This document shows, one piece after another, positions 45,190 to 54,979 of a stretch of DNA of 64,000 nucleotides (the first letter of the stretch is position 1; the number at the start of each line of letters is the position of its first letter). The notes beneath the pieces were generated by a model that was not told the origin of the DNA, searched no databases, and saw only the letters and a program-made list of their open reading frames with translations. The stretch is from an uncultured Bacteroidales bacterium (lineage in GTDB: Bacteria; Bacteroidota; Bacteroidia; Bacteroidales; UBA3824), in the NCBI GenBank assembly GCA_946624925.1, contig CAMOSO010000072.1:84896-148895 (forward strand), read 5' to 3'. The position numbers and the translations under genes are program-made.

Positions 45190-46722
45190 ATGAGCAAAAA
45201 ATTGATTTGGATACTCGCAATTGTGATGACCGCCACGATAGTATGGATGATTTTCATACAGGCATCGTGGTTCAAGACGTCGTTTTCGCTCAGGCAACAC
45301 CAATTCAGCGAGCAAGTAATGCACGCCCTCGACGGCGTAGTAAAGCAACTCGACCAACGAGAAGTGTTCCGGCAACTCAACAACGAGGTCATCGCACTCA
45401 GTTTTGACACCGTGCCGACACTCAAAAACCCAAACCTCATACAACCCGCGCCCGAGTTGGTGGCCGACGCTATCCGCGACGCCGACACCGCCAACACACT
45501 CTTTGTTGTGAGCAAGGACTCCCTCTTTTATTCAATCACCGATACGAGCGACAGACGCCTCACAATGGACTACCGCAGTATGAACCGCGCACAAATCCAC
45601 GAGGAAATACAAAAGCGAATCCATCAAGACAAAACCATCATAGTAGAAAACATCATCAACAAGATAACGAGCAAAAAAGTAAAAATCGAGGAGCGCATCA
45701 CCCCGGCAGAAATCCAACAGATACTCTGCGAACAACTCAAACGCGTCGGCATCTGCTCCGAATATTACTTCACGGTGCTCAAAGAAGACCGCAGCACATA
45801 TTTCAGCAGCGAAGGCTACGAGCCCGACGAGGACGACCACCTCTACGAAATCGACCTCTTCCCCGACGACCTCATATCGCCGCACGCATACCTCGTGCTG
45901 TACTTCCCCGACGAAAACAAAATCTCGATGTCCACCCTCACACGCAACTCCGTAACGTCCATCATATTGGCTTTTATAATAATTGCAATATTCCTCAGCA
46001 CGCTGATTATCATCCTCAAGCAGAAGAAGTTGCACGAGATGAAGACCGATTTTGTCAACAATATGACCCACGAACTCAAGACCCCGATTGCGTCAATATC
46101 GCTCGCGAGCCAGATGCTCAAAGACCCCGCAATCTCCAAAAACGAACAGAGTTTTGCCAACATATCGTCCATCATCGAGGAAGAGAGCAAGCGGCTTGGA
46201 TTCCAAGTGGAAAGAGTGTTGCAGATGGCGGCATTGGAACGCGGCAAGACCCTCCTCAAAATCAAGGAGATATGCCTCAACGACATCATCCGCAAGGTCG
46301 TAAAGACATTCGACCTCAAACTCAAAGCCAAAGACGGCACCATCACCTGCAAATACGGCGCAAAGGACGACCTCATAGAAGGCGACGAGGTGCATATCAC
46401 CAACATAGTAACCAACCTATTGGACAACGCGCTCAAATACACTGAGATAAAGCCCGAACTCAAAGTAACCACCTCCAACGTAAAAAACGGCGTGGAATTT
46501 ACAATCACCGACAATGGCATCGGCATCTCGCGTGAAAACCAAAAACGCATCTTCGAGCAATTCTTCCGGGTGCACACCGGCAACATCCACAATGTCAAGG
46601 GATTTGGCATCGGATTGAGTTACGTAAAAAAAATAGTGGACGCCCACCACGGCACCATCAAACTAAAATCGGACATCGGCCGCGGAACCACCTTCACGGT
46701 ATTCCTCCCCTTTGACCAATAA
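45190..46722 (+). CDS. rprX: Sensor histidine kinase, RprX-like
   Basis: Two TM segments, FVNNMTHELKTP, NLLDNALKY, DNGIG, GFGIGL; paired with RprY. Confidence 0.8.
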   Translation: MSKKLIWILAIVMTATIVWMIFIQASWFKTSFSLRQHQFSEQVMHALDGVVKQLDQREVFRQLNNEVIALSFDTVPTLKNPNLIQPAPELVADAIRDADTANTLFVVSKDSLFYSITDTSDRRLTMDYRSMNRAQIHEEIQKRIHQDKTIIVENIINKITSKKVKIEERITPAEIQQILCEQLKRVGICSEYYFTVLKEDRSTYFSSEGYEPDEDDHLYEIDLFPDDLISPHAYLVLYFPDENKISMSTLTRNSVTSIILAFIIIAIFLSTLIIILKQKKLHEMKTDFVNNMTHELKTPIASISLASQMLKDPAISKNEQSFANISSIIEEESKRLGFQVERVLQMAALERGKTLLKIKEICLNDIIRKVVKTFDLKLKAKDGTITCKYGAKDDLIEGDEVHITNIVTNLLDNALKYTEIKPELKVTTSNVKNGVEFTITDNGIGISRENQKRIFEQFFRVHTGNIHNVKGFGIGLSYVKKIVDAHHGTIKLKSDIGRGTTFTVFLPFDQ

Positions 46723-46763
46723 AACTTTGACCAATAAAACAGAACATAAACGCAAAAAACATA

Positions 46764-46808
46764 GCCCCAACGGGGCGACAACACCAAGCCGTGTGCGTAA
46801 GCGCACGG
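46764..46808 (+). repeat. Twin-hairpin REP-like element
   Basis: GCCCC-aac-GGGGC and CCGTGTGC-gtaa-GCGCACGG. Confidence 0.55.
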
Positions 46809-46859
46809 ATAACGAATAACGGAAAACAAAACGAACAAAAACATAAAAACCACATCGAT

Positions 46860-47561
46860 ATGGAAAGAAAAATCAACGTATTGCTTGCCGAAGACGACGT
46901 AAGCCTCGGCTCGCTCCTCAAACAGTACCTCGACGCCAAAAACTACGCCACGACGCTCTGCACCGACGGCGAAAAGGCGACAGACACCTTCTCGCACGAA
47001 CTGTTTGACATCTGCATCCTCGACATAATGATGCCCAAGAAAGACGGCTTCCAAGTCGCCGCCGAAATCCGCGCAGCAAGCGCATCGGTGCCGATCATAT
47101 TCCTGACCGCCAAGAATATGAAAGAAGACGTGCTTGCCGGATTCAAGATTGGCGCCGACGACTACATCACCAAGCCATTCAATATGGAGGAACTCCTGCT
47201 CCGCATCGAGGCTGTGCTCCGCCGCTCGGGCATATCCGACAGCGAATCGTTCACATCATTCAAACTCGGCGGATACGTATTCGAATCAATCAAGCAGACC
47301 CTCCAATACAACGACGAAGACCCCGTGAAGCTCACCACAAAGGAATCGGAACTCCTGAAACTCCTCTGTATGAACGTCAACAAGGTATTGGAGCGCAACT
47401 ACGCCTTGAAGCAGGTGTGGGACGACGACAACTACTTCAACGCCCGCAGCATGGACGTGTACATCACCAAACTCCGCAAACTACTCAAAAGCGACGACAG
47501 CATCGAAATCCTCAACATCCACGGCAAAGGATACAAACTCATCGTATCAGACGCGGATTAG
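46860..47561 (+). CDS. rprY: OmpR-family response regulator, RprY-like
   Basis: LLAEDD, LDIMMPKKDG, FLTAK, GADDYITKPF, NYFNARSMDVYITKLRK. Confidence 0.85.
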   Translation: MERKINVLLAEDDVSLGSLLKQYLDAKNYATTLCTDGEKATDTFSHELFDICILDIMMPKKDGFQVAAEIRAASASVPIIFLTAKNMKEDVLAGFKIGADDYITKPFNMEELLLRIEAVLRRSGISDSESFTSFKLGGYVFESIKQTLQYNDEDPVKLTTKESELLKLLCMNVNKVLERNYALKQVWDDDNYFNARSMDVYITKLRKLLKSDDSIEILNIHGKGYKLIVSDAD

Positions 47562-47595
47562 GAATTGCAACCCTAAAAAAGTAACAACAGACCCA

Positions 47596-50208
47596 ATGAG
47601 TCCAAGCCGCAAAATAGCCGCCTGCATATACCCGCTGATAGTGGCGTGTATGTGTGCGTGCAGCAACACGAAAAACACCACCGCGACGCGCTCGTTCCAC
47701 AACGTGACGTCGCGGTATAATGTCGTGTTTGAAGCAAGGCAGTCATACGAACAAGGCATCAAAGCGATTGCCGACAATCTGAAAGTCGATTACACCGACC
47801 TGCCGCCGGTATATCGCTTTGACTCGCCCGACGCCGCGCAGATAGCATCGCCCTACATGGACGCCTGCGTGGAAGAGTGCGGCAAAAACATCCTCAAACA
47901 TTCCATCACCTCCAAACCGTCGCAACGCTACGGACACGGCGGCATGACCCTCGCCGACCAAGACTTCTTCAATAAGCCCGAGTTTTGCAAGTGGATAGAC
48001 GACACATACCTACTGATGGGCAAGGCAAACTACGTGGCGGGCGACCTCGACCGCGCCGAATCGTCGTTGCAACTCGGCGTAACGCGATTCCGCCACGAAC
48101 CCACCAAATTTGAGGCGCAATTGTGGCTTGCGAAGACATATTGGGCGCAAAAAAAATACGACGAAGCGCAGGAACTCCTCGACAAACTCGTAAAAGACCT
48201 CCGGCATCCCAAACGCCTCGACGCCGACATCCACAAAGTGTATGCGCAGATTGCAATCAGCAAGCGGCAATACACCACGGCTATCAAACATTTGGAAGAC
48301 GCACTCGCCCTCACCAAAAAGAAACCCGAAAAGGCGTGGCTCACCTACATCCTCGGCGACCTCAACCGCATGGCGGGCGACTACCCGAAGGCGCGCAAAT
48401 GCTATGAACAAGTCATCAAGATGCGCCCAGAATACTCTATGGTATTCAATTCAAAAATCAACCTCGCCGTAGTATTCACGCCCGGCGACAACGTTGAAAA
48501 AATCCGACACGGACTCGAAGTCCTCGCCAAAGACCCTAAAAACGAACCTTACCGCGACCAAATCTACTACGCACTCGCCGAGATGGAATACCGAAACGGA
48601 AACATCAACCCGGCACTCGTAGATTACAGACGCTCAGCGCAATACTCATCCAACAACAATATCCAAAAAGCCAAATCGTATATGGCGGCGGCGGGCATTT
48701 ATTTCGACCGCAACGACTACATCAACGCCGGCACATTCTACGACTCCACGATGGCTTACCTGCCCAAGACATACTCCGACTACGACGCCATATCGAAAAA
48801 AGCCAAAAACCTCTCCGAACTCATCACCTACATCCGCGAGGCAGAGCATCAGGACAGCCTGCAACGTGTAGCCAAAATGTCGGAAAGCGACCGCAGCAAA
48901 CTCATCTCGCAGATAATCCTCGACGTTGTCAACAAAGAGGAACAGGAGAAATTGATGCAGTCGCAGCCGTACTATCAGTCGCGTGACAATAGCTACGGCG
49001 TGGAATACACCGGACAGGACGGCAACCCTGGTTTCAGCGGCAAATGGTACTTGTACAACGTGACGGCTCTCAACTACGGACGCTCCGAGTTCCTCAAAAA
49101 ATGGGGCAACCGCCCGCTCGAAGACAATTGGCGTCGCAAAAACAAGTCAGAAACCGCCGACACAGATTCTGACGACGAAGACGACACCGACAAAGGCGAC
49201 TCCACCCTTACCAACAAGATGCCCGAATTTTACACCCGCAACCTGCCCCTCACCGATTCGGCGATGCAGGCGAGCATCAGCAAGGAGGCCGATTCGTGGT
49301 TTGCCGCAGCGGGAGTTTATGAAGAAAAGATAGAAGACATCGACAAGGCAATCGAGACCCTGCTCCACCTCAACCAAAAGCATCCCGACCATTACCTGAT
49401 GCCGCAGAGCCTCTACCAACTCGTGAAACTCTACGCCAAGAAAGGCGAGCAGCAGTTGTCGGATTACAACAAGCAACAGTTGATGTCGCAATATCCCGAA
49501 TCGGGCTACGCCAAGATACTCAGCGACCCGCAATATTTGCAAACCATTGCCCGTCGCCAGGAAGATGCGCTACGTCAGTACGACAATGTGGTGGCGTCAT
49601 TCAATTCCGGCAACTATCAGCAGGCAAAAGACCTCAGCCTCCAAGCCCAAAAAGAATATTCTGACCTCGGCATAATGCCAAACCTCATCTACATGGAGGC
49701 GCGTTCATACGGCCGTATGCACAATACCGACAAGATGCGCGAGCGTCTCGAATACCTCATCGAGCACTATCCGAGCAGCAAACTCGTAGCCCCCGCGCAA
49801 GACAAACTCGACGCCCTCGCCACGGGACGATTCGACACAGAACAATTCACCAAGAATCCCGATGCGCGCCACGCCGTACTCGCCATTGTCGCCGACACCG
49901 TAGCCACCAAAACAGGTCAATTGAAATTTCACCTGATGAAATATTGCGCCGACAATGGGCTAAATCAGATGGACATCGAGGAAGCCAAAGACCTTCAATC
50001 GGACAACATACGCGCACTCCTTGTTACATATTTTGACAACAAGGAACAGTCAAAGACATTCTGCGACGGATTCGCCAAAGAGAACGCCGATTTTCTCAAC
50101 GACGGCAGCGACATCAAGATAATGTCTGTAAGCGCAGAAAATCTCAGGCGAATCCACGATGCAGCCACGATAGAAGCCTATTATAATTTTTATATCGGCA
50201 ATTACTAA
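47596..50208 (+). CDS. porW: TPR lipoprotein, PorW/SprE-like (T9SS)
   Basis: Lipobox CAC, FHNVTSRYN, TPRs, QDSLQ, WYLYN, KWGNRPLEDNWRR. Confidence 0.75.
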   Translation: MSPSRKIAACIYPLIVACMCACSNTKNTTATRSFHNVTSRYNVVFEARQSYEQGIKAIADNLKVDYTDLPPVYRFDSPDAAQIASPYMDACVEECGKNILKHSITSKPSQRYGHGGMTLADQDFFNKPEFCKWIDDTYLLMGKANYVAGDLDRAESSLQLGVTRFRHEPTKFEAQLWLAKTYWAQKKYDEAQELLDKLVKDLRHPKRLDADIHKVYAQIAISKRQYTTAIKHLEDALALTKKKPEKAWLTYILGDLNRMAGDYPKARKCYEQVIKMRPEYSMVFNSKINLAVVFTPGDNVEKIRHGLEVLAKDPKNEPYRDQIYYALAEMEYRNGNINPALVDYRRSAQYSSNNNIQKAKSYMAAAGIYFDRNDYINAGTFYDSTMAYLPKTYSDYDAISKKAKNLSELITYIREAEHQDSLQRVAKMSESDRSKLISQIILDVVNKEEQEKLMQSQPYYQSRDNSYGVEYTGQDGNPGFSGKWYLYNVTALNYGRSEFLKKWGNRPLEDNWRRKNKSETADTDSDDEDDTDKGDSTLTNKMPEFYTRNLPLTDSAMQASISKEADSWFAAAGVYEEKIEDIDKAIETLLHLNQKHPDHYLMPQSLYQLVKLYAKKGEQQLSDYNKQQLMSQYPESGYAKILSDPQYLQTIARRQEDALRQYDNVVASFNSGNYQQAKDLSLQAQKEYSDLGIMPNLIYMEARSYGRMHNTDKMRERLEYLIEHYPSSKLVAPAQDKLDALATGRFDTEQFTKNPDARHAVLAIVADTVATKTGQLKFHLMKYCADNGLNQMDIEEAKDLQSDNIRALLVTYFDNKEQSKTFCDGFAKENADFLNDGSDIKIMSVSAENLRRIHDAATIEAYYNFYIGNY

Positions 50209-50229
50209 AAACAACACACCTTATTATAT

Positions 50230-51219
50230 ATGAGAACCAACCTACATATCCTACTCTCAACACTCCTCATCGCATCCTGCGGCGGTCAAAAGCAAGAAGT
50301 GGATGCCACACAGCCTTCCGACACCCTCGAAATGCCAGAAGAGACGCTATCTGTATTCCGCGCCCCGCAGAGCAAGAATGCCCCGAAGCCCGCTCACAAC
50401 GCCGACAACTTCTTTGCCATAGAAGCCGACGGCAAGATAATGGTGGGCAATTCTGCCGATATGCTCAAAGACACCGAAATCAAAGGCACCGACATCACGC
50501 TCTCGCCAAGCGGCGACATCATTGCATATACCGACACCACCGACGGACGATGCTCCGTGCATCTGTACAACATCAACACCAAAAACGACACGAGCCTCGA
50601 ACTCGGCAGGTACAATTACCATTCGCGGAGTTTCAGCCCCGATGGCAATTATCTCGCTGTAAGTTGCCAGTTCGACGAATATTCGTGTATGGTAATCCTG
50701 TACGATATGCGCGACAGCACGCTCACAAGCATCGTCAATCCTGATACCAAGGCATTGTACAACCCTACATTCAGTCCCGACGGCAGGCTGCTCTCCTGCC
50801 ACGACATGCAGAAAGTGCTCGTTTACAAATTCGACAACGGAACGGCTAAGCACATCAAGACTATCAGCTGCGACCATCTCTGCGTTGACAACGGCCTGTC
50901 CATCAATACTGCTTGCAAAATCCAGTTTACCCCGGGCAACGACCGCATCGTATATACCTGCGCCGACTACGACTCGGAGCGCGACGACCTCCGACACCTC
51001 AATATCTACAACATCACCAACGGCGACATTCTCAAAATCCTGCCGAGCGACAAGTCGTGCAAGGACTTCGCAGTCTCCGACGACGGCAATATCTACTTCC
51101 TTATGGAAGCCGACAGCAGCCACGCAGTAGCTTACTTTGCAAGCCTATCCGACCTGAGCCCGGTTGCCATCTCCAAAGACAAATTCAACAACGCAACCGC
51201 ACTAAGGGTGGCTTATTAA
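50230..51219 (+). CDS. Lipoprotein with TolB-like beta-propeller
   Basis: IASC lipobox; LSPSG, FSPDG x2, FTPG, VSDDG blades. Confidence 0.7.
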   Translation: MRTNLHILLSTLLIASCGGQKQEVDATQPSDTLEMPEETLSVFRAPQSKNAPKPAHNADNFFAIEADGKIMVGNSADMLKDTEIKGTDITLSPSGDIIAYTDTTDGRCSVHLYNINTKNDTSLELGRYNYHSRSFSPDGNYLAVSCQFDEYSCMVILYDMRDSTLTSIVNPDTKALYNPTFSPDGRLLSCHDMQKVLVYKFDNGTAKHIKTISCDHLCVDNGLSINTACKIQFTPGNDRIVYTCADYDSERDDLRHLNIYNITNGDILKILPSDKSCKDFAVSDDGNIYFLMEADSSHAVAYFASLSDLSPVAISKDKFNNATALRVAY

Positions 51220-51321
51220 AAAAAAGAAACGAAAAATATACACAATATCAAAAAAAAGTTGTACCTTTACAACTGCAAAAACATCTATAAACGATTGTAA
51301 AACCTTAAAAATAAACACATT

Positions 51322-51849
51322 ATGTCAAAACTTAAACTATTTGGACTCGCACTTGCATCGGTAGCGCTGTTAGCCCTCGCAGGATGCAAGAACAACAAAA
51401 ACGCCGACCAGGCAAGCAACAGCAACAACAGCGACACTATGTCAACCTACGACCCATACGCCGACTCGGAATACACTGGAAGCACTTCCGACAGCGACAA
51501 CGGCACCTCCAATACCGCCGACCTTAGTGCAAACAACGGCGGCGCTACAACAGAGCAAGAGCCCGTTATGGCAGAAGACAAGGAAGGCAACCTCTCTCAA
51601 GTGCCGGATGCCAAAGTCAACGACTCCAACGTATTCTACATCGTTGCTGGCAGCTTCACAATCTACAACAACGCACAGAAACTCAACACAAAGCTCAAAG
51701 CAAAGGGATTCGACTCAAAAATCCTCGAACCCTACGGCCAGTACCACAGGGTTACTGTAAAGCAATTCAAGACCGTGGCAGAGGCCCGCGCCGCTCTGCC
51801 TGAGCTCCGCAAAAACATCGACGAAGCTCTTTGGCTTCTCACACGATAG
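51322..51849 (+). CDS. SPOR-domain lipoprotein
   Basis: LAGC lipobox, S/T/N-rich linker, FYIVAGSF...NA...YHRV...WLL. Confidence 0.85.
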   Translation: MSKLKLFGLALASVALLALAGCKNNKNADQASNSNNSDTMSTYDPYADSEYTGSTSDSDNGTSNTADLSANNGGATTEQEPVMAEDKEGNLSQVPDAKVNDSNVFYIVAGSFTIYNNAQKLNTKLKAKGFDSKILEPYGQYHRVTVKQFKTVAEARAALPELRKNIDEALWLLTR

Positions 51850-51873
51850 ACAATACAAGCCTGTCAACCCCAT

Positions 51874-51929
51874 AAAAAAACTGCGATTATCAAGTCCGAC
51901 CCATCGGAGACAATAATCGCAGCTTTTTT
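51874..51929. terminator. Probable bidirectional terminator
   Basis: A7-CTGCGATTAT...ATAATCGCAG-cT6. Confidence 0.65.
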
Positions 51930-51994
51930 ACAAAAAACAGACTTATTTTTGTAAATTCGCGCCATATTCACATCATATAACCAAATCACACGTT

Positions 51995-53407
51995 ATGGAC
52001 CTCAGCCAAAACGAGCTTATCTTCAAAAACACACGCTTAGAGCAGGAGCTGGCGCAAGCCAAAGAGCAAATCGACCAGTTGAAGGCAGCATACGAAAAAG
52101 TGCAATCCGAGTTAGACCGACTCGAAGGCATCTTCTCCACGCTCCCCAAAGACGTGCTGCCACAAGACATCACCATCGACAACGAGACCGGCACTCGCCT
52201 ACTCAGATTTAAGATGGCAACGGTGATGTACGTAGATATGCGCGGCTACAAGTCCAACAACAACGAGCCACGCACACAATCGGGCGTGGACGAACTCGAC
52301 CAGATAATCATCCAGTTTGCCGACATAGCAGCAGCCCACAATTTGCAGATAATCAAGACTATCGGCGACGCATTTATGTGTGTGGGCGGCATACCCGAAA
52401 AGAATATCACCAACCCCGTGGACGTTGTGCTTAGCGCAATGGAAATGGTGCGCTACACCAAAGGGCTCAAGGCTATGGTGGACGACGACAATAAGTTTTG
52501 GGAACTCCGCATCGGCATCCACACGGGTCCCGTGGTGGCTACTGTCAACGGCAAGAAAAAATTTTCTTACGACATCAAAGGCGAGACCGTCAACATCGCC
52601 ACGCGAATGGCGGCGGCGGCAGAACGCGACAAAATCAACGTTTCTGTATATACATACGAACTCGTCCGCGAATATTTCGTAACCGACTACAACGGCGTTA
52701 CGCCAGTCAAATACCACGGCGACCTCGAGATGTACTACGTCAGGAGGCTGCGCCCGGCATTGTCGGTCAATAAAAAGGTGGGCGAATACCCCAACGAAAT
52801 CTTCAAAATCAAATACGCACTCCGCCAGTTTACCGACCTTCAGGAATTTCTGCTCGACAAGCTCGAACGCGAACTCCCAAAAACCTTGCATTATCACAAT
52901 TACAAGCACACCATCGACGTGGTAAACCAGGCAGAACTCATCGGAGTTGGCGAAGGTCTCGACGACAGCGACATACTCCTGCTCAAGACCGCCGCACTCT
53001 TCCACGATTCGGGTCTCATCATCGGATTCGACAATCACGAATTTTACAGCACCCAGTTTGCCCGCGAAATCCTGCCCAAATGGCACTACAACGACGAACA
53101 GATCGACAAGATTTGCGACATCATAATGGCAACTAAATTGCCGCCCAACCCACACAACCTGCTCGAAAAGGTAATATGCGACGCCGACCTCGACTACCTC
53201 GGTCGCAGCGACTTCATCCCTATCTCCAACGCGCTGTACGAAGAACTTCGGGATCAAGGCTCCGACATTGACCTCAATACCTGGAACAAAAAACAAGTAG
53301 CATTTCTATCTACGCATCAATACTTCACCAACACCGCACAGAGGATACGCGAAGAGGCGAAGGAATACCAGATAGAACGCCTCAAAAAGCTCATCGTGGA
53401 CGACTAA
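51995..53407 (+). CDS. Class III adenylate cyclase fused to an HD-domain phosphohydrolase
   Basis: Coiled coil; VDMRGY, IKTIGDAFM, RIGIHTG, YDI.GETVNIATRM; YHNYKHT, ALFHDSG, ICDADLDYLGR. Confidence 0.85.
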   Translation: MDLSQNELIFKNTRLEQELAQAKEQIDQLKAAYEKVQSELDRLEGIFSTLPKDVLPQDITIDNETGTRLLRFKMATVMYVDMRGYKSNNNEPRTQSGVDELDQIIIQFADIAAAHNLQIIKTIGDAFMCVGGIPEKNITNPVDVVLSAMEMVRYTKGLKAMVDDDNKFWELRIGIHTGPVVATVNGKKKFSYDIKGETVNIATRMAAAAERDKINVSVYTYELVREYFVTDYNGVTPVKYHGDLEMYYVRRLRPALSVNKKVGEYPNEIFKIKYALRQFTDLQEFLLDKLERELPKTLHYHNYKHTIDVVNQAELIGVGEGLDDSDILLLKTAALFHDSGLIIGFDNHEFYSTQFAREILPKWHYNDEQIDKICDIIMATKLPPNPHNLLEKVICDADLDYLGRSDFIPISNALYEELRDQGSDIDLNTWNKKQVAFLSTHQYFTNTAQRIREEAKEYQIERLKKLIVDD

Positions 53408-53417
53408 CCACCTTACT

Positions 53418-54653
53418 ATGAACGAAAAGACACTCGCACTTATATGGCAAAACAGGCTTTTTGACCCAGCCGGACTGCACACAACGCAAGGCGAACCCGT
53501 CCAAGTAGTCAAGACAGGATATACCAACACAATGTCCGGTCCAGACATCACCGACGCACAGATACGCATCGGCGACATCCTCTGGACCGGCAACGTGGAG
53601 CTTCACACCAAATCATCCCACTGGACGCTCCACAAGCACCACCTCGACCACGCCTACGACAATATAATAATGCACGTAGTCTTTGAAGACGACGCCCCAC
53701 TCACCGATCGGCGCGGTAACTATGTGCCTACCCTCGTCATACAATACGACAAGGCTATCGACGACCGGTGCCACCAGCTTCTCAATCAGCAAAACCCACA
53801 CCTCTGCCCCGCAGGAATACTTGAACTCAACACATTCAACTCATTGACTTTCACGTCGCGTCTTACGATTGAAAGACTTCAGCAAAAATCAGAACTCATC
53901 CGCAAAACACTCGAAACCACGCAGGGCGACTGGTTGCAGACATTCTGGCAATATTTGGCGAGGAGCTTCGGATTCGGCAAAAACTCCACGCCATTCGAGC
54001 TGACGGCTCAGTCGTTGCCATACAACCTTATAATAAAAAATTACGACTCATTCACCACTGTACTCGCTCTATTGTACGGGCAAGCGGGCATTCTACATTC
54101 CGGCAAATACAAAGGAAGCGACTGCGAAACATTACTCCAAGAATACAAATACCAACAGGCCAAATACAGCCTCTCCCCCATCGACCACAGCATTTGGAAA
54201 TACTCGGGCACCCGTCCGCAAAATTCGCCCTTTGTCCGTATGCGGCAACTTGCCTCCCTCGTTGCCACCAATACTCCTATCTTCGACAAGATGCTCGCCT
54301 GCACCGACATTGAACAGATGGAATCGTTGTTTACTATAAAAAACAACAACGAAATCCCGCCGCTCGGCGCCGATGCCAAGCACCTTTTGATCATCAACCT
54401 CGTATGTCCATTCCTCACATGCTACGCCCAATACACCGGCAACAGCGACCTCGCAGAACTCGCGGTTGACATCCTGGAAAAACTACCGCCCGAAAAAAAT
54501 TCGCTCGTTGAAACCAAAAAAAAGGCTGGACTTTCAATACAATCAGCATACGACTCGCAAGCCGCAATACAGCTCGACACCGCATACTGCAAGCCTCGTC
54601 GCTGCATCGAATGTCAGATAGGAAGGCATTATATCGCGGGCAAAATCCTGTAA
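53418..54653 (+). CDS. DUF2851-family protein
   Basis: MNE..L..IW, GPD..DAQIRIG...GNVELH, YDNIIMHVV, FGFGKN, RPQNSP, YC..RRCIECQIG. Confidence 0.88.
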   Translation: MNEKTLALIWQNRLFDPAGLHTTQGEPVQVVKTGYTNTMSGPDITDAQIRIGDILWTGNVELHTKSSHWTLHKHHLDHAYDNIIMHVVFEDDAPLTDRRGNYVPTLVIQYDKAIDDRCHQLLNQQNPHLCPAGILELNTFNSLTFTSRLTIERLQQKSELIRKTLETTQGDWLQTFWQYLARSFGFGKNSTPFELTAQSLPYNLIIKNYDSFTTVLALLYGQAGILHSGKYKGSDCETLLQEYKYQQAKYSLSPIDHSIWKYSGTRPQNSPFVRMRQLASLVATNTPIFDKMLACTDIEQMESLFTIKNNNEIPPLGADAKHLLIINLVCPFLTCYAQYTGNSDLAELAVDILEKLPPEKNSLVETKKKAGLSIQSAYDSQAAIQLDTAYCKPRRCIECQIGRHYIAGKIL

Positions 54654-54673
54654 ATCAAGATGATGACATACAT

Positions 54674-54761
54674 AAAAAAGAAACGGGGCGTCCGGATGGC
54701 CGCCCCGCAATCAAAAAATAAACAACTAAAAAAAGAAGTATTCTATAACATGAAACACACC
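54674..54761 (-). ncRNA. Candidate ~88-nt sRNA
   Basis: ECF-type promoter directly upstream; U-rich body beginning GGTGTGTTTCAT; GC hairpin plus TTTCTTTTTT terminator on the minus strand. Confidence 0.55.
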
Positions 54762-54766
54762 TATAA

Positions 54767-54793
54767 GAACGGAAAAAGATAAAAAAGGTTGCA
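54767..54793 (-). promoter_or_regulatory. ECF sigma-type promoter
   Basis: TGCAAC - 16 nt - CGTTC. Confidence 0.55.
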
Positions 54794-54979
54794 CGATTTT
54801 AGTTAACAAATGTTAAAAGTAAAAATAAAAAAAACATTTCGCAAAAAAAGCACAAAATCTCAAAGATAATTTATAACTTTGGTTGCAAAAACAATGGCTC
54901 CAGCGTCAAAACAAATGTTTGGTGCAAAAATTGTTATATGCTTTTTTAAAACAATCACGATAATAACTTGCGCGACATA

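Noticed and set aside
52199-53296. 365-aa minus-strand ORF
   Set aside because: Antisense shadow of the cyclase gene caused by strong C-ending codon bias; no motifs
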